Below are positions 51,544-63,832 of a stretch of DNA of 64,000 bases, piece by piece. Where the stretch lies: positions 91,595-155,594 of the forward strand of contig NIVC01001839.1 in assembly GCA_002269645.1 (NCBI GenBank), in the 5' to 3' direction. Below the pieces are notes generated by a model. It was given only the letters and a program-made list of their open reading frames with translations, did not search any database and was not told the origin of the DNA. The stretch's first letter is position 1. Each line of letters begins with the position of its first letter. This DNA comes from Macrostomum lignano (lineage: Eukaryota). A program made the translations under genes and the position numbers.

Positions 51544-52023
51544 CAGGTGAGGCACATGTCTGAGAGGTGACACTATCCTGTCTAACAGGTGACACTATCC
51601 TGTCTAACAGGTGACACTATCCTGTCTAACAGGTGACACTATCCTGTCTAACAGGTGACACTATCCTGTCTAACAGGTGACACTATCCTGTCTAACAGGT
51701 GACACTATCCTGTCTAACAGGTGACACTATCCTGTCTAACAGGTGACACTATCCTGTCTAACAGGTGACACTATCCTGTCTAACAGATGACACTGTCCTG
51801 TCTAACAGGTGACACTGTCCTGTCTAACAGGTGACACTATCCTGTCTAACAGGTGACACTATCCTGTCTAACAGGTGACACTATCCTGTCTAACAGGTGA
51901 CACTATCCTGTCTAACAGGTGACACTATCCTGTCTAACAGGTGACACTGTCCTGTCTAACAGGTGACACTATCCTGTCTAACAGGTGGCACTGTCCTGTC
52001 TAACAGATAACATTTCTGTCTAG
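51544..52023. repeat. 22-bp minisatellite array 3, inverted relative to arrays 1 and 2, about 21 copies
   Basis: Plus strand reads CAGGTGACACTATCCTGTCTAA, the reverse complement of the unit. Confidence 0.95.
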
Positions 52024-52347
52024 AAAAGACACCGAATCATAAAAGTGTCAGAGAAATTTTGCTGTATTTGCATTTACATTCGGTGCCAAATGCCTTTTTC
52101 TACCAGCAAGCCTCAGATAGCATCACAGGATGATTCATCGAATGAAGCACCGCAACCGCCACTTATAAACTTCTTAGCCATCTCTTATGTTAGACAGAAT
52201 AATCAATATTAAAGCCTCTTGAAAATCGCATTAAAATTGCTCCTAGCCAGCAACTATGCAATCAGAGTATTGGACAAATTTGCTTCAGGTTGCTGGCAAT
52301 CTTAGCCTAAGCGCTAGTATAAATTCAATGAACTGCAAAAGCCTCAC

Positions 52348-52470
52348 CGGGTTGATGTCGAAGAACTCCTTAAACTGACGCAGCTGTTTGTCGGTAGCTT
52401 TAGCTTTGCCGCCCCCGCCAAGGTGCAGTTTGTGCGGCAGGTCGCGAAATGTGTCAATAAACTTGGCCAT
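52348..52470 (-). CDS. lgl: lgl coding exon 1 (start codon)
   Basis: MAKFIDTFRDLPHKLHLGGGGKAKATDKQLRQFKEFFDINP, donor CCG|GTGAGG, phase 0 into exon 2. Resembles the LLGL N-terminus (..EKLKQELFAFNK). Confidence 0.82.
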
Positions 52471-53202
52471 GACTTTGCGAGACTGTTTATTTAGATTTTT
52501 AGATTGTCAGTAATATTTATAGTCGGTATAGTTATTTTGATGCAGATAGTAGCGTCTGAAACTGTGTTTTCGGGACTGAGTCAGTGTCGTTTCGTGATAA
52601 TTTTATCAAAGCTGTTTAATAGAACAAAGAGGACCTTTTAAATACAGTAGGTAGGTAGGTGGAATTTCTGGGGGCGGGTTGGGTTTTGCTTGCCGCGTAG
52701 CCCGCAAAGTTCCAGGCTAATATAAAACTTTAGGGGGCCTTCAATATTGGCTGGGCTGATGAGGGACACAGGGGTAGGAGTGGTTTGGGACAAGGGGAAA
52801 GAGCTCTGGCTTCCAGCGAGCCCCATAATTTTGTCGAAATGTCTACACTCCATCCTACACTAAAATATCCTATACAGTCCTTCCCCTAGCTGTATCAGCT
52901 TGTCTCTTGTCTCACCCCCACCCCACCAGCAGCGGAGGTCATTCAGAGGGTAGGCTATGTGATGGATGAATCAGTGGGTAGATATGGGTGTTATGCCTGC
53001 TATATTAGCATATTATTTACTCTTGAACAGCTGGAATAAATGAATCGATAGTTGCCATATTTTTTGTATTAGCCTTGGTTGCCCAGGTTTCAGACATGAC
53101 CTTCCAGTGACCCCGGCAACCTCACGCGACTCTAGGATTGTTTTCATTTGGCTAAGATTGATTCTGTGTAGAGTAACGTTGGGTCCAACTTTAGATGATG
53201 CC

Positions 53203-54922
53203 TTGATCCCGATTCTGACACCACTGATCCCGATCCTGACACCACTGATCCCGATCCTGACACCACTGATCCCGATCCTGACATCACTGATCCCTAATCC
53301 CGATCCTGGCACCATTGATCACGATCCTGACACCACTGATCCCGATCCTGGTACCATTGATCCCGATCCTGACACCACTGATCCCGGTCCTGGCACCATT
53401 GATCCCGATCCTGACACCACTGATCCCGATCCTGGCACCATTGATCCCGATCCTGACACCACTGAACCCGATTCTGACACCACTGATCCCGATTCCGACA
53501 CCACTGATCCCGATTCTGACACCACTGATCCCTGACACCACTGATCACCACTGATTCCTGATCCCGATCCTGACACCACTGATCCCGATCCTGACACCAC
53601 TGATCCCAATCCTGACACCACTGATCCCGATCCTGACACCATTGATCCCGATCCTGACACCACTGATCCCGATTCTGACACCACTGATCTCGATCCTGAC
53701 ACCACTGATCCCGATCCTGACATCACTGATCCCTAATCCCGATCCTGGCACCATTGATCCCGATCCTGACACCACTGATCCCGATCCTGGCACCATTGAT
53801 CCCGATCCTGACACCACTGATCCCGATCCTGGCACCATTGATCCCGATCCTGACACCACTGATCCCGATCCTGGCACCATAGATCCCGATCCTGACACCT
53901 CTGATCCCGATTCTGACACCACTGATCCCGATTCCGACACCACTGATCCCGATTCTGACACCACTGATCCCGATCCTGACACCACTGATCCCGATCCTGG
54001 CACCATTGATCCCGATCCTGACACCACTGATCCCGATCCTGACACCACTGATCCCGATCCTGACACCACTGATCCCGATCCTGACATCACTGATCCCTAA
54101 TCCCGATCCTGGCACCATTGATCCCGATCCTGACACCACTGATCCCGATCCTGGCACCATTGATCCCGATCCTGACACCACTGATCCCGATTCTGACACC
54201 ACTGATCCCGATTCCGACACCACTGATCCCGATTCTGACACCACTGATCCCGATCCTGACACCACTGATCCCGATCCTGGCACCATTGATCCCGATCCTG
54301 ACACCACTGATCCCGATCCTGACACCACTGATCCCGATCCTGACAACACTGATCCCGATCCTGACACCACTGATCCCGATTCTGACACCATTGATCCCGA
54401 TCCTGACACCACTGATCCCGATCCTGACACCACTGATCCCGATTCTGACACCATTGATCCCGATTCTGACACCACTGATCCCGATTCTGACACCACTGAT
54501 CCCGATCCTGACACTACTGATCCCGATCCGGACACCACTGATCCCAATTCTGACACCATTGATCCCGATCCTGACACCACTGATCCCGATCCTGACACCA
54601 CTGATCCCGATTCTGACACCACTGATCCCGATTCTGACACCACTGATCCCGATTCTGACACCACTGATCCCGATCCTGACACCACTGATCCCGATTCTGA
54701 CACCACTGATCCCGATCCTGACACCACTGATCCCGATTCTGACACCACTGATCCCGATCCTGACACCACTGATCCCAATTCTGACACCATTGATCCCGAT
54801 TCTGACACCACTGATCCCGATTCTGACACCACTGATCCCGATTCTGACACCACTGATCCCGATTCTGACACCACTGATCCCGATCCTGACACCACTGATC
54901 CCGATCCTGACACCACTGATCC
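53203..54922. repeat. 21-bp minisatellite GATCCCGATCCTGACACCACT with higher-order blocks
   Basis: About 80 copies; the variant ACATCACTGATCCCTAATCCCG recurs at 53281, 53720 and 54084. Confidence 0.95.
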
Positions 54923-57487
54923 CAAATATGAAACCCCTCTTGCTCCATTTTTACCGCCTTTGTCTACAAGAAATTTGCTAGAAAAGTCTGCTGAATTCAG
55001 TAGAAGCAATTAGTAATAAGGGTTTTTCCTATACCCACTGTACTAATTTAGGCGAGGATGCAATTAGGCGGTGCAATGGATTGGAAGAGACTGCGGCGGG
55101 GGTTGTGGTTGCTATTCGACTTACTGTCTGGAAGGCTTGAGATATGCACGCCAGCGCTGTATCTATCTAATACCCATAGCCAGCTTCCTGTAGCTTTGCC
55201 GCTTAGGGGAAAAATGGGAGAGGGAGAGAGAGGCTAACGGAGCTAGGATGGAGAGATGTAGCGATAAGGAATTTTCTTCCTGGGGGCGATACGATTGGGT
55301 TGGCGCCGGCCCCACGCATGCAAGCGACGCTGTTTGTTGACGGACTTTTTTGGTTGCAGCTGTGCCGCGGCGTAAGCTTGTATGCGATTTTTCGGTGTTG
55401 TTATTTTTTAATTGCGACATTTAGTATTGTTTTTATTGATAGTAAAGTTGATTATTCAAGAATTAATTCCATAAAAACCGGCACCAAGTGTAGCAATGAA
55501 GTTCTTTGACTAGAATAATTGCTTTAAAACTCTCTACTTGATTGTATTTTAACCACAGAGACGAGCCTTGAACAGTTGGCTTGACTTGTTGGCAGTCCCC
55601 TTGATTGGCTGGTCGAGGGCAAGTTACGTTCTATTCGAAAGATTCTCTTTATTAGTTCCTTTTGTGTCAGAGCTCCGTGGCTGGCAGCATTTTTTTTCTA
55701 TTTAAAAATAGAAGTTGCCAGTGCTGGAAGTCAGTCGGCTAGGGAGATTCGTGGCGCACTGGCTGAGGTCGCTTCCAGTCTCCTCAGCGGCTGGTGGGTG
55801 GCTGATCGTTTCATGCAGTCCCAGCGATAGCAGCAAAAGGCAAACAAAATCCCCACAGAAAAAGCAAATTCTCCTCGATTGCGGGGCGTGCACAATCTTC
55901 CAAAGATCTTATTTTATCGCAGATGAAAAAATACGCAAGACTGAGTAACCGACGGAAGGGATTAAAAGAGAGGGGAATTAATATATCCCCTAGTGTATGG
56001 GAAATCTCGTAGTGGGATTATAGTACATACGGCTCGTATAGGTAATCATAATAAACAAAATATAATAACCCTAGTATAAAAATATAATTAAATGAGTTTC
56101 GAGGACATTGAGCACTATACATGTATTAATTTGCATGATGACAATTTCCTAAATTATTAATAGCTTAAATTTAACTTTTTAACTATTCAATCTAGACATA
56201 AATGACTCTTTCACTACATCAACTCATCAGAGCTATCCGGATAGATGCGGTTAATATGTGCCCGGCTTTGCTTAAAATTCAATTTTAGGGCCATGCTTGA
56301 CTGCATAATGTTCTAAATAAAATTTTGCATAGAATGAAAAATTGTAAATATGATTCTTTTATGGTATCAGAGACATTTAAAAGACCAAACTCTTATTTAA
56401 ATTGTATTAAAAAGCATTTTTCAATATAAAAATGATAGAAAATGAAGTTTCCCTTTCTGCAGAGAAGATTAACCGCGATAACGAGCACATAGAGCTACTC
56501 TAAAATAAGATACCCATAAACAGTTCAAGGTTTGCAATCATTTTTTCTATAAGTTTCTTTTAAAGTTATAAGAAAAGCTTAAAAAAACGTTAAAATCATA
56601 TAATGAATAAAAATGTGCCTAAAATTTGAGCACCAAAATGATTATCTGATTAGCTATTCGAAATTATAAGGCCTGAATGACAAAAAGCAAATAAAGAATT
56701 TAACTCATTCTTTTAGTAACTTTGGTAGCATAGCAATTCTAATCAAACATGTTTAATATTGACTTCAACTCATGGTTGCCTAATTCGAAGAAAAGAAAAA
56801 ATAAATGCTACGTATAATATATTCACTCGTAAGTTAGTAATGCAAAAAATACATTTGATCATATAAATTGCAGAGAAATATACATTTCTGCCTATAAACT
56901 CATTCACTGTCTTTTAAACATAGTGTATAAAGTGGCGTATAATTTTACCAGAGTGTGTGATGCAATATTTGCGTAGATAATTGATTACTGTGACCAGAGA
57001 TGAACTTTCCTGGCTTAAAACAGTTTCAGGTAGAGCCGGCTCAGCGATGATTCAGATTGTAGATTTAAATTATTTCTTTTCACTTTTCGCTGACATAGTG
57101 AAACAAATAGTTTTGTATTATGCTTTTATAGTACTACGTACGTTTTAGCAAAAAAAAAATTAAAATTATTTAATAATACTTTAAATTTCTTCCGAAAAAC
57201 TCTTTTAACTGCCATTACACAAATTTAATTTTTTGCATCATGGCTCTGCGAAATATCTTGACGTAGTAGACTGTAGTATAGTAGCACTACTGTTACGATT
57301 AAGATTCTTGGCATTGGTCTGTGCTTAAAGTATTAAGTAATAATTTGTTACAAGCCGGTAGCCACCAATCGTCCTGTAATATCGTCTATCTGAAATAATT
57401 TTGGTTGACATATGCAAAATTAAACAGGTTCTCTACTAAACGCGCCCAGGCCCAGGACAGTTTATCCAGCTGTTTTGACGCTCTGGA

Positions 57488-57534
57488 ATGAAACGTCAAA
57501 AGTTTGAAAAATCTGACAATTCCAAGTCAGATGG
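57488..57534 (+). CDS. POLE: POLE probable coding exon 1
   Basis: ATG...MKRQKFEKSDNSKSD, then GG|GTAAGT (strong donor). Phase 2 joins the acceptor at 60114/60115 in frame. Confidence 0.62.
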
Positions 57535-60114
57535 GTAAGTAAACTTTTTGCCTAAGAAAGTTGGTTTCTTAATTGTTTTTCTTTTTCTTAGGAGCATATA
57601 AAACTAAAATATAGTATGGCTTACAATTACATGTAGGCCTAGTTCGAATAAAGGCAATGAATGGTTTTCAAATTCAACCAATCATTTTCCTGCATAGGCC
57701 TAGCAAAACTAAATATTCAATAAAAGGTTACACATCTCCAATACATAATGTTTTAGTTCCAGGAATATCCCTGAGATGTATTCAATTTATTTGTGATTTT
57801 TTTAGAGAAGCTTGTTTCTTTGGTGAATGAATAATGCTCACTGGTATTAATTCTTTAAATTCTTTATTATTATTATTGCTTCTAAACAAGGCTTCCATTG
57901 TTGTTCATTATTTATTTATTACAATGCATATTTTAAATGTTATATTAGATATAGTCTATTATTTATGGTTTATAGCCCAGAATAACAAAGTTAAAACATA
58001 GAATAACACAAAGTTGGTATGTTACAGAAGAAAATATTTTGTATATTATGTACCATTGAACCAAGTCAAGGAAAATGTCTACACAATAATAAGCAATATG
58101 TCACTATTGACAAAGCAATAGTTCATTAAATATTTTGTATATGTAAACATAAAATTAAATAAATATGTTTTTGCAATCATAAAAACTTAGAGTATAACAT
58201 ATTTTATTTTGTATCCTTTCATTTTCAACTTAATTAGCAAAACATTAGGTCTAAAATATATAGTTTTTTTAAATTATTTAATTTTAAAAATTAAGTAAAT
58301 TCAAGTGTGTAATGCATATCAAGTCAATATATTTTTCAATTGTATTTTAATTATCAAATTGTATTATATATATGCTAGTCTGGATTAATTATTGTATGAC
58401 AATTATATAAAAAATATATAGTATTATATAAATCTTTAAAATCATATTATTTATATTAATTTTAATCATATATGCAATATTACACTTATTAGGGTATATA
58501 TAGATTTTTTTTAAGATGACCAAACATTATAACCTAATGTTAGAAAATAGACCTTGCATTATTATAGTCCAAAAATTAGGCATATGGCTCAATTTTTTGG
58601 CCTTGGTTCAAAAGAAAAGCATAGCCTCCTTGGCTTCCTGGATCTACCCCTATGCAATATAGGTTTACAACTTATCAAGGACAATTAGCCTTGTATTGGG
58701 ATATTGCATTCAGTTCAAATAATTTTTCAGGAGGCCATTTTTTGTCAAAAAATGCATTGTACAAATAGGATAAAATAGTTTTTATCATAAAATCAATATT
58801 TGCTTATTTACATTTAACCTAGGTTAATAAAGATTAATCTTATCTTGATATACTGCTTGTTGTCTGTATAACTTTATTCTAATACAAAAAACCTGCATTT
58901 AGAGAAATAAATGGAGAAAAAGTAGTTGATTTTGCTATTTACCCTTGGTCTATCACAATTTTGTATATTATTTAATAGTTATTTAAATATCTTCTAGATA
59001 TGTATATGTAGAAGATTATATCTTGTCATTAATAAGTCTAGAACAAAGGCAGTCTATATAAATAGGATCCTTTAAAAGTAAAGAATTTAATTGCCACACT
59101 TGCATGTTAGAATGTTTCAAATTTGTATATTAAAGAATCTAATTTAAATTATGTAAAAACCTATTTTTATCCCTTAAGGAATTAGAGAAATGAAACAAGT
59201 TAGGTTACTTATAAAATATATTCCTATGATTCTTGCTGTCTAGGATCAAAAGTTGCTTGTATAAAATGCTTAGAATATAATATCTATGTATTTTTGATTC
59301 ACTTTATATGGAATAGGAATAGGCCTAAAATTTGAGCAGAAGTACTAGATAGAAGTTAGACAAGATCAAAAGTTTTTTTAATTAATATATTTGGTTAATC
59401 AAACAAAGCTTAGTGTTTATTTAAAAGTAGGATAGGATCCCAATCTTACTTGATCTTATTTTTTTGATCTGATTACAAAAATATTAAAAATCATTAAAAA
59501 TCTTGTTGAATCACTTTTCTATTTAAGATCTTATATGTTAAAAATGTAAAATAAGATTAAAATTACAATGGTAAAATGGTGTATATATAATTTTAAATTT
59601 ATTGATTTATAAAATATCTATTTCTATAATTTAAAAATCTTGATATCTTAGCAAAAAACTAAAATTCTTATCCAGTCTAATCTAATGCAAGTTTTAATCC
59701 TATCCAATCATTATTTCTATGCTGTACATTAAGAAAGATAATATCTGTAACTTTCAATGGCCTAATGCCTCTCTTTTCAAGTACTATCTAGGAGCTATAG
59801 CCCTTGAAAATAGGTAGAGGTTGCTTTAGGAGAGATAGCAATTGCATTTCTCATAATCTAATCTAGTCTTTGGTATTCACTTTTCTTATACAAAGCCTAT
59901 TTTTGCCTAGTTTCAACTCAAAAGCTATATCTCCTAGAACTATATGCGATGGTTGAATTGATCTTCTATTTTTTGGCAAGAAATCTTATTTCTACTTATC
60001 AATAATTCTCAGAAATAGAAATAAGTTAAGCTAATTCAGTGAATGAATCAGGAGTTTATTTGTAGCTTTAAGACCGAAAATATTATTTATACCCCACCCC
60101 CCACACACACACAG

Positions 60115-60247
60115 TCAAACCACAGATGAAGGCGCTGAGCGCAGGATTAGACGAGTTCGCGCCAATGAAACCATTGATGAAATCTATGGATTCGTTGGGC
60201 TGAAAGAGCCCGGAGAGCACACTGGTTGGCTGGTTAATATGCACCCA
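60115..60247 (+). CDS. POLE: POLE coding exon 2
   Basis: ...IDEIYGFVGLKEPGEHTGWLVNMHP (human [25 protein letters not shown]); donor CCA|GTAAGT. An alternative acceptor lies at 60125/60126. Confidence 0.9.
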
Positions 60248-60340
60248 GTAAGTTTAAAATCAATGCTTAGTAAAATTTTCACTTTGCACTGTTAATTCCT
60301 CATCTCTCACTATTTTTCATTTCTCTTATTTTTTGTCCAG

Positions 60341-60559
60341 TCTGACGTTATCGACGAAGAGAAGCGACTAGTGAGCGCGGTGGACTATTATTTCCTGCGC
60401 GACGATGGCAGCAGATTCAAAGTGTCCATGCCCTATAGGCCGTATTTCTACGCGGCCGTGCGGTCCGGCTGCGAGCACGAGGTTCTGTCCTATCTGTCTA
60501 AGAAATACTCTGGCAAGTTTGCCAGCTTAGATCTGCTCGAAAAGGAAGATTTAGAACTG
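60341..60559 (+). CDS. POLE: POLE coding exon 3
   Basis: [37 protein letters not shown]...EKEDLEL; TCCAG| acceptor, |GTATGC donor; 219 nt. Confidence 0.95.
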
Positions 60560-60669
60560 GTATGCCAATGCATTTCTATTTAATATGTATACTTTGGTTT
60601 AAGGTTGTCTGTAAATCTTCGGTTTAGAAAAATGTCACCTCAACACTCCAGATCATCGTTTGTTTGGGT

Positions 60670-61100
60670 ATTGCCAGCCTCCCAGATCTTCAGTTGCTGG
60701 GCCAGCCTCCCAGATCCTCAATTGCTGGGCCAGCCTCCCAGATCCTCAGATGCCGGGCCAGCCTCCCAGATACCCAGTTGCTGAGCCAGCCTCCTAGTGT
60801 TAGTTGCTGGGCCAGCCGCCAGCCTCCCAGGGACCCAGATCCTCAGTTACTGAGCCAGCCTCCTAGTGTTAGTTACTGGGCCAGCCTCCCAGATCCTCAG
60901 TTGCTGGGCCAGCCTCCCAGATCCTCAGTTACTGAGCCAGCCTCCTTGTGTTAGTTACTGGGCCAGCCTCCCAGATCCTCAGTTGCTGGGCCAGCCTTCC
61001 AGATCCTCTGTTGCTAGGCCAGCCTCCCAGATCCTCAGTTGCTAGGCCAGCCTCCCAGATCCTCAGTTGCTGGTCCAGCCTCCCAGATCCTCAGTTGCTC
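60670..61100. repeat. 28-bp minisatellite GCTGGGCCAGCCTCCCAGATCCTCAGTT, POLE intron 3
   Basis: About 15 diverged copies. Confidence 0.9.
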
Positions 61101-61150
61101 AATCAAACCCTAGCCACTAATCTCACACTCTATCGTCTCCCCCCATTCAG

Positions 61151-61422
61151 GCCAATCACCTGTCGGGCCTCAAGAAGACCTACATTAAACTGGCCTTCTT
61201 CTCAGTGGACGATCTGATGCGAGTGAAACGCGAACTCCTGCCCAAAGTGAAGTCCAATCGGGATAAGGAGAGCGCCAAGACTGCCTACACTAGCATGCTG
61301 GCCAGTCATTTCTCAGGCGAACAGCAGCAGCATCAGATGGAGAAGCATCACGATCAGAGCAAATCGGAGACAGGCTACACTCATATGATTGTTGACCAGA
61401 CTGATAATATTCTCGATTTAAG
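61151..61422 (+). CDS. POLE: POLE coding exon 4
   Basis: ANHLSGLKKTYIKLAFFSVDDLMRVK...DQTDNILDLR (human PNHLVGLKRNYIRLSF...DQLDNIVDMR); TTCAG| acceptor, AG|GTAGGG donor. Confidence 0.95.
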
Positions 61423-61429
61423 GTAGGGG

Positions 61430-62735
61430 CGCTATTGAAGTTACTTTAGAGGTTGAAAGCTCTTATTAAAGTACCTGAGTGAGGGGCAGCTCTTGCTAAA
61501 GTACCTGAGGGAGGGGCAGCTCTCACTAAAGTACCTGAGGTAGGTGGGAGCTCTTGCTGAAGTACCTGAGGGAGGTGGGAGCTCTTGCTGAAGTACCTGA
61601 GGGAGGTGGGAGCTCTTGCTAAAGTACCTGAGGGAGGTGGGAGCTCTTGCTAAAGTACCTGAGGGAGGTGGGAGCTCTTGCTAAAATACCTAAGGGAGGT
61701 GGGAGCTCTTGCTAAAGTACCTGAGGGAGGTGGGAGCTCTTGCTAAAGTACCTGAGGGAGGTGGGAGCTCTTGCTAATGTACCTAAGGGAGGTGGGAGCT
61801 CTTGTTAAAGTACCTGAGGGAGGTGAGAGCTCTTGCTAAAGTACCTGAGGGAGGTGGGAGCTCTTGCTAAAGTACCTGAGGGAGGTAGGAGCTCTTGCTA
61901 AAGTACCTGAGGGAGGTGGGAGCTCTTGCTAAAGTACCTGAGGGAGGTGGGAGCTCTTGCTAAAGTACCTGAGGGAGGTGGAAGCTCTTGCTAAAGTACC
62001 TGAGGGAGGTGGGAGCTCTTGCTAAAGTACCTGAGGGAGGTGGAAGCTCTTGCTAAAGTACCTGAGGGAGGTGGGAGCTCTTGCTAAAGTACCTGAGGGA
62101 GGTGGGAGCTCTTGCTAAAGTACCTGAGGGAGGTAGGAGCTCTTGCTAAAGTACCTGAGGGAGGTGGGAGCTCTTGCTAAAGTACCTAAGGGAGGTGGAA
62201 GCTCTTGTTAAAGTACCTGAGGGAGGTGAGAGCTCTTGCTAAAGTACCTGAGGGAGGTGGGAGCTCTTGCTAAAGTACCTGAGGGAGGTAGGAGCTCTTG
62301 CTAAAGTACCTGAGGGAGGTGGGAGCTCTTGCTAAAGTACCTGAGGGAGGTGGGAGCTCTTGCTAAAGTACCTGAGGGAGGTGGAAGCTCTTGCTAAAGT
62401 ACCTGAGGGAGGTGGGAGCTCTTGCTAAAGTACCTGAGGGAGGTGGAAGCTCTTGCTAAAGTACCTGAGGGAGGTGGGAGCTCTTGCTAAAGTACCTGAG
62501 GGAGGTGGGAGCTCTTGCTAAAGTACCTGAGGGAGGTGGGAGCTCTTGCTAAAGTACCTGAGGGAGGAGCTCTCACTGAAGTACCTAAGGGAGGTGGGAG
62601 CTCTTGTTAAAGTACCTGAGGGAGGTGAGAGCTCTTACTAAAGTACCTGCGAAAGCGGGGAGCTCTTGCTAAAGTACCTGCGAAAGCGGGGAGCTCTTAC
62701 TAAAGTACCTAAGGGAGGGTGTCAGCTCTTACTGA
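61430..62735. repeat. 31-bp minisatellite AAAGTACCTGAGGGAGGTGGGAGCTCTTGCT filling POLE intron 4
   Basis: About 40 copies. Confidence 0.95.
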
Positions 62736-62794
62736 AGTTAAGCCTCTACTCAGTTCCGTCTTCATCATTCATCGAAACTTCCTACCGATTTCAG

Positions 62795-62927
62795 AGAACA
62801 CGACGTACCCTATCACGTGCGAGTGTCGATAGATTTGAAAATCTTTGTCGGCAGTTGGTATCGAATCTGCTGCCGGGGCTCGTCCGTGCCAGAGATTACG
62901 CCTAGGGAAGATCTAGTCGATAGGCCT
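62795..62927 (+). CDS. POLE: POLE coding exon 5
   Basis: [22 protein letters not shown]...[12 protein letters not shown] (human [22 protein letters not shown]...EITRRDDLVERP); TTTCAG| acceptor, |GTGAGT donor. Confidence 0.95.
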
Positions 62928-62981
62928 GTGAGTATTGTTAGCAATTGCAGTAGTAGTGATACTATTAGCTACAGTAATAGT

Positions 62982-63300
62982 AGAGTTGTAGCCCAGTGTT
63001 CAGAGCGTCGGACTCACGACTGAAAAGTCGGGGGTTCGATTCTTGACCCACTCGGAAAAATTTGTGTCCTTGAGCAAGACACTTAGCTCTGCTTTGCTTC
63101 AGTTCACCCAGCTGTAAAATGAGTGCCAGCATTAGCTGGGGTAATTGAGGGTGTGTGGCGACCTCCCAGTCCTTGGACTGAACAGCCGAACAGCCCTTTA
63201 GGGCAGGTGTAATCAGTTCTTAAATTATGAATAGTAAAAGTAGTAGGGGCAGGGCAGGGCAGGGCACCCGGATACAGCGGGGAGGCGTCGCCGCCCATTC
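62982..63300 (+). mobile_element. tRNA-derived SINE with MIR-like CORE domain, POLE intron 5
   Basis: A box TAGCCCAGTGTT (62989), B box GGTTCGATTC (63033), then 63061-63124 TTTGTGTCCTTGAGCAAGACACTTAG...CTTCAGTTCACCCAGCTGTAAAATGAG resembling the MIR CORE consensus. The 3' end is uncertain. Confidence 0.78.
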
Positions 63301-63416
63301 TGCTAGTTAAATAGTAGGAACAGTAGTTTTAGTAATATTCTAGTTGAAGTACGAGTATTAGTAATAGCAATAGTAATAATGATAATTTCTTATGATAATA
63401 ACAATTATTTGTTGTT

Positions 63417-63418
63417 GC

Positions 63419-63470
<52 letters not shown>

Positions 63471-63471
63471 T

Positions 63472-63504
<33 letters not shown>

Positions 63505-63505
63505 C

Positions 63506-63540
<35 letters not shown>

Positions 63541-63541
63541 C

Positions 63542-63575
<34 letters not shown>

Positions 63576-63588
63576 GTAGTAGTAGTAT

Positions 63589-63629
<41 letters not shown>

Positions 63630-63639
63630 GTAATAGTAA

Positions 63640-63674
<35 letters not shown>

Positions 63675-63684
63675 GTAGAAGTAA

Positions 63685-63728
<44 letters not shown>

Positions 63729-63738
63729 GTAGAAGTAA

Positions 63739-63782
<44 letters not shown>

Positions 63783-63792
63783 GTAGAAGTAA

Positions 63793-63832
<40 letters not shown>
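63417..63832. repeat. (TAG)n microsatellite
   Basis: Direct reading; explains the poly-Ser ORF. Confidence 0.95.

Noticed and set aside
53284-55013. DPDPDTT and GSVVSGS repeat ORFs as a mucin- or antifreeze-like gene
   Set aside because: They are a by-product of a 21-bp unit open in several frames on both strands; the 428-aa ORF starts at TTG and there is no signal peptide.
56200-56245. Minus-strand CTGATGA...GAAA as a hammerhead ribozyme
   Set aside because: Stem II is mostly wobble pairs and no stem I/III complementarity was found.
57436-57450. AAACGCGCCC upstream of POLE as an E2F site
   Set aside because: It does not fit TTTSSCGC on either strand, and the TSS is unknown.
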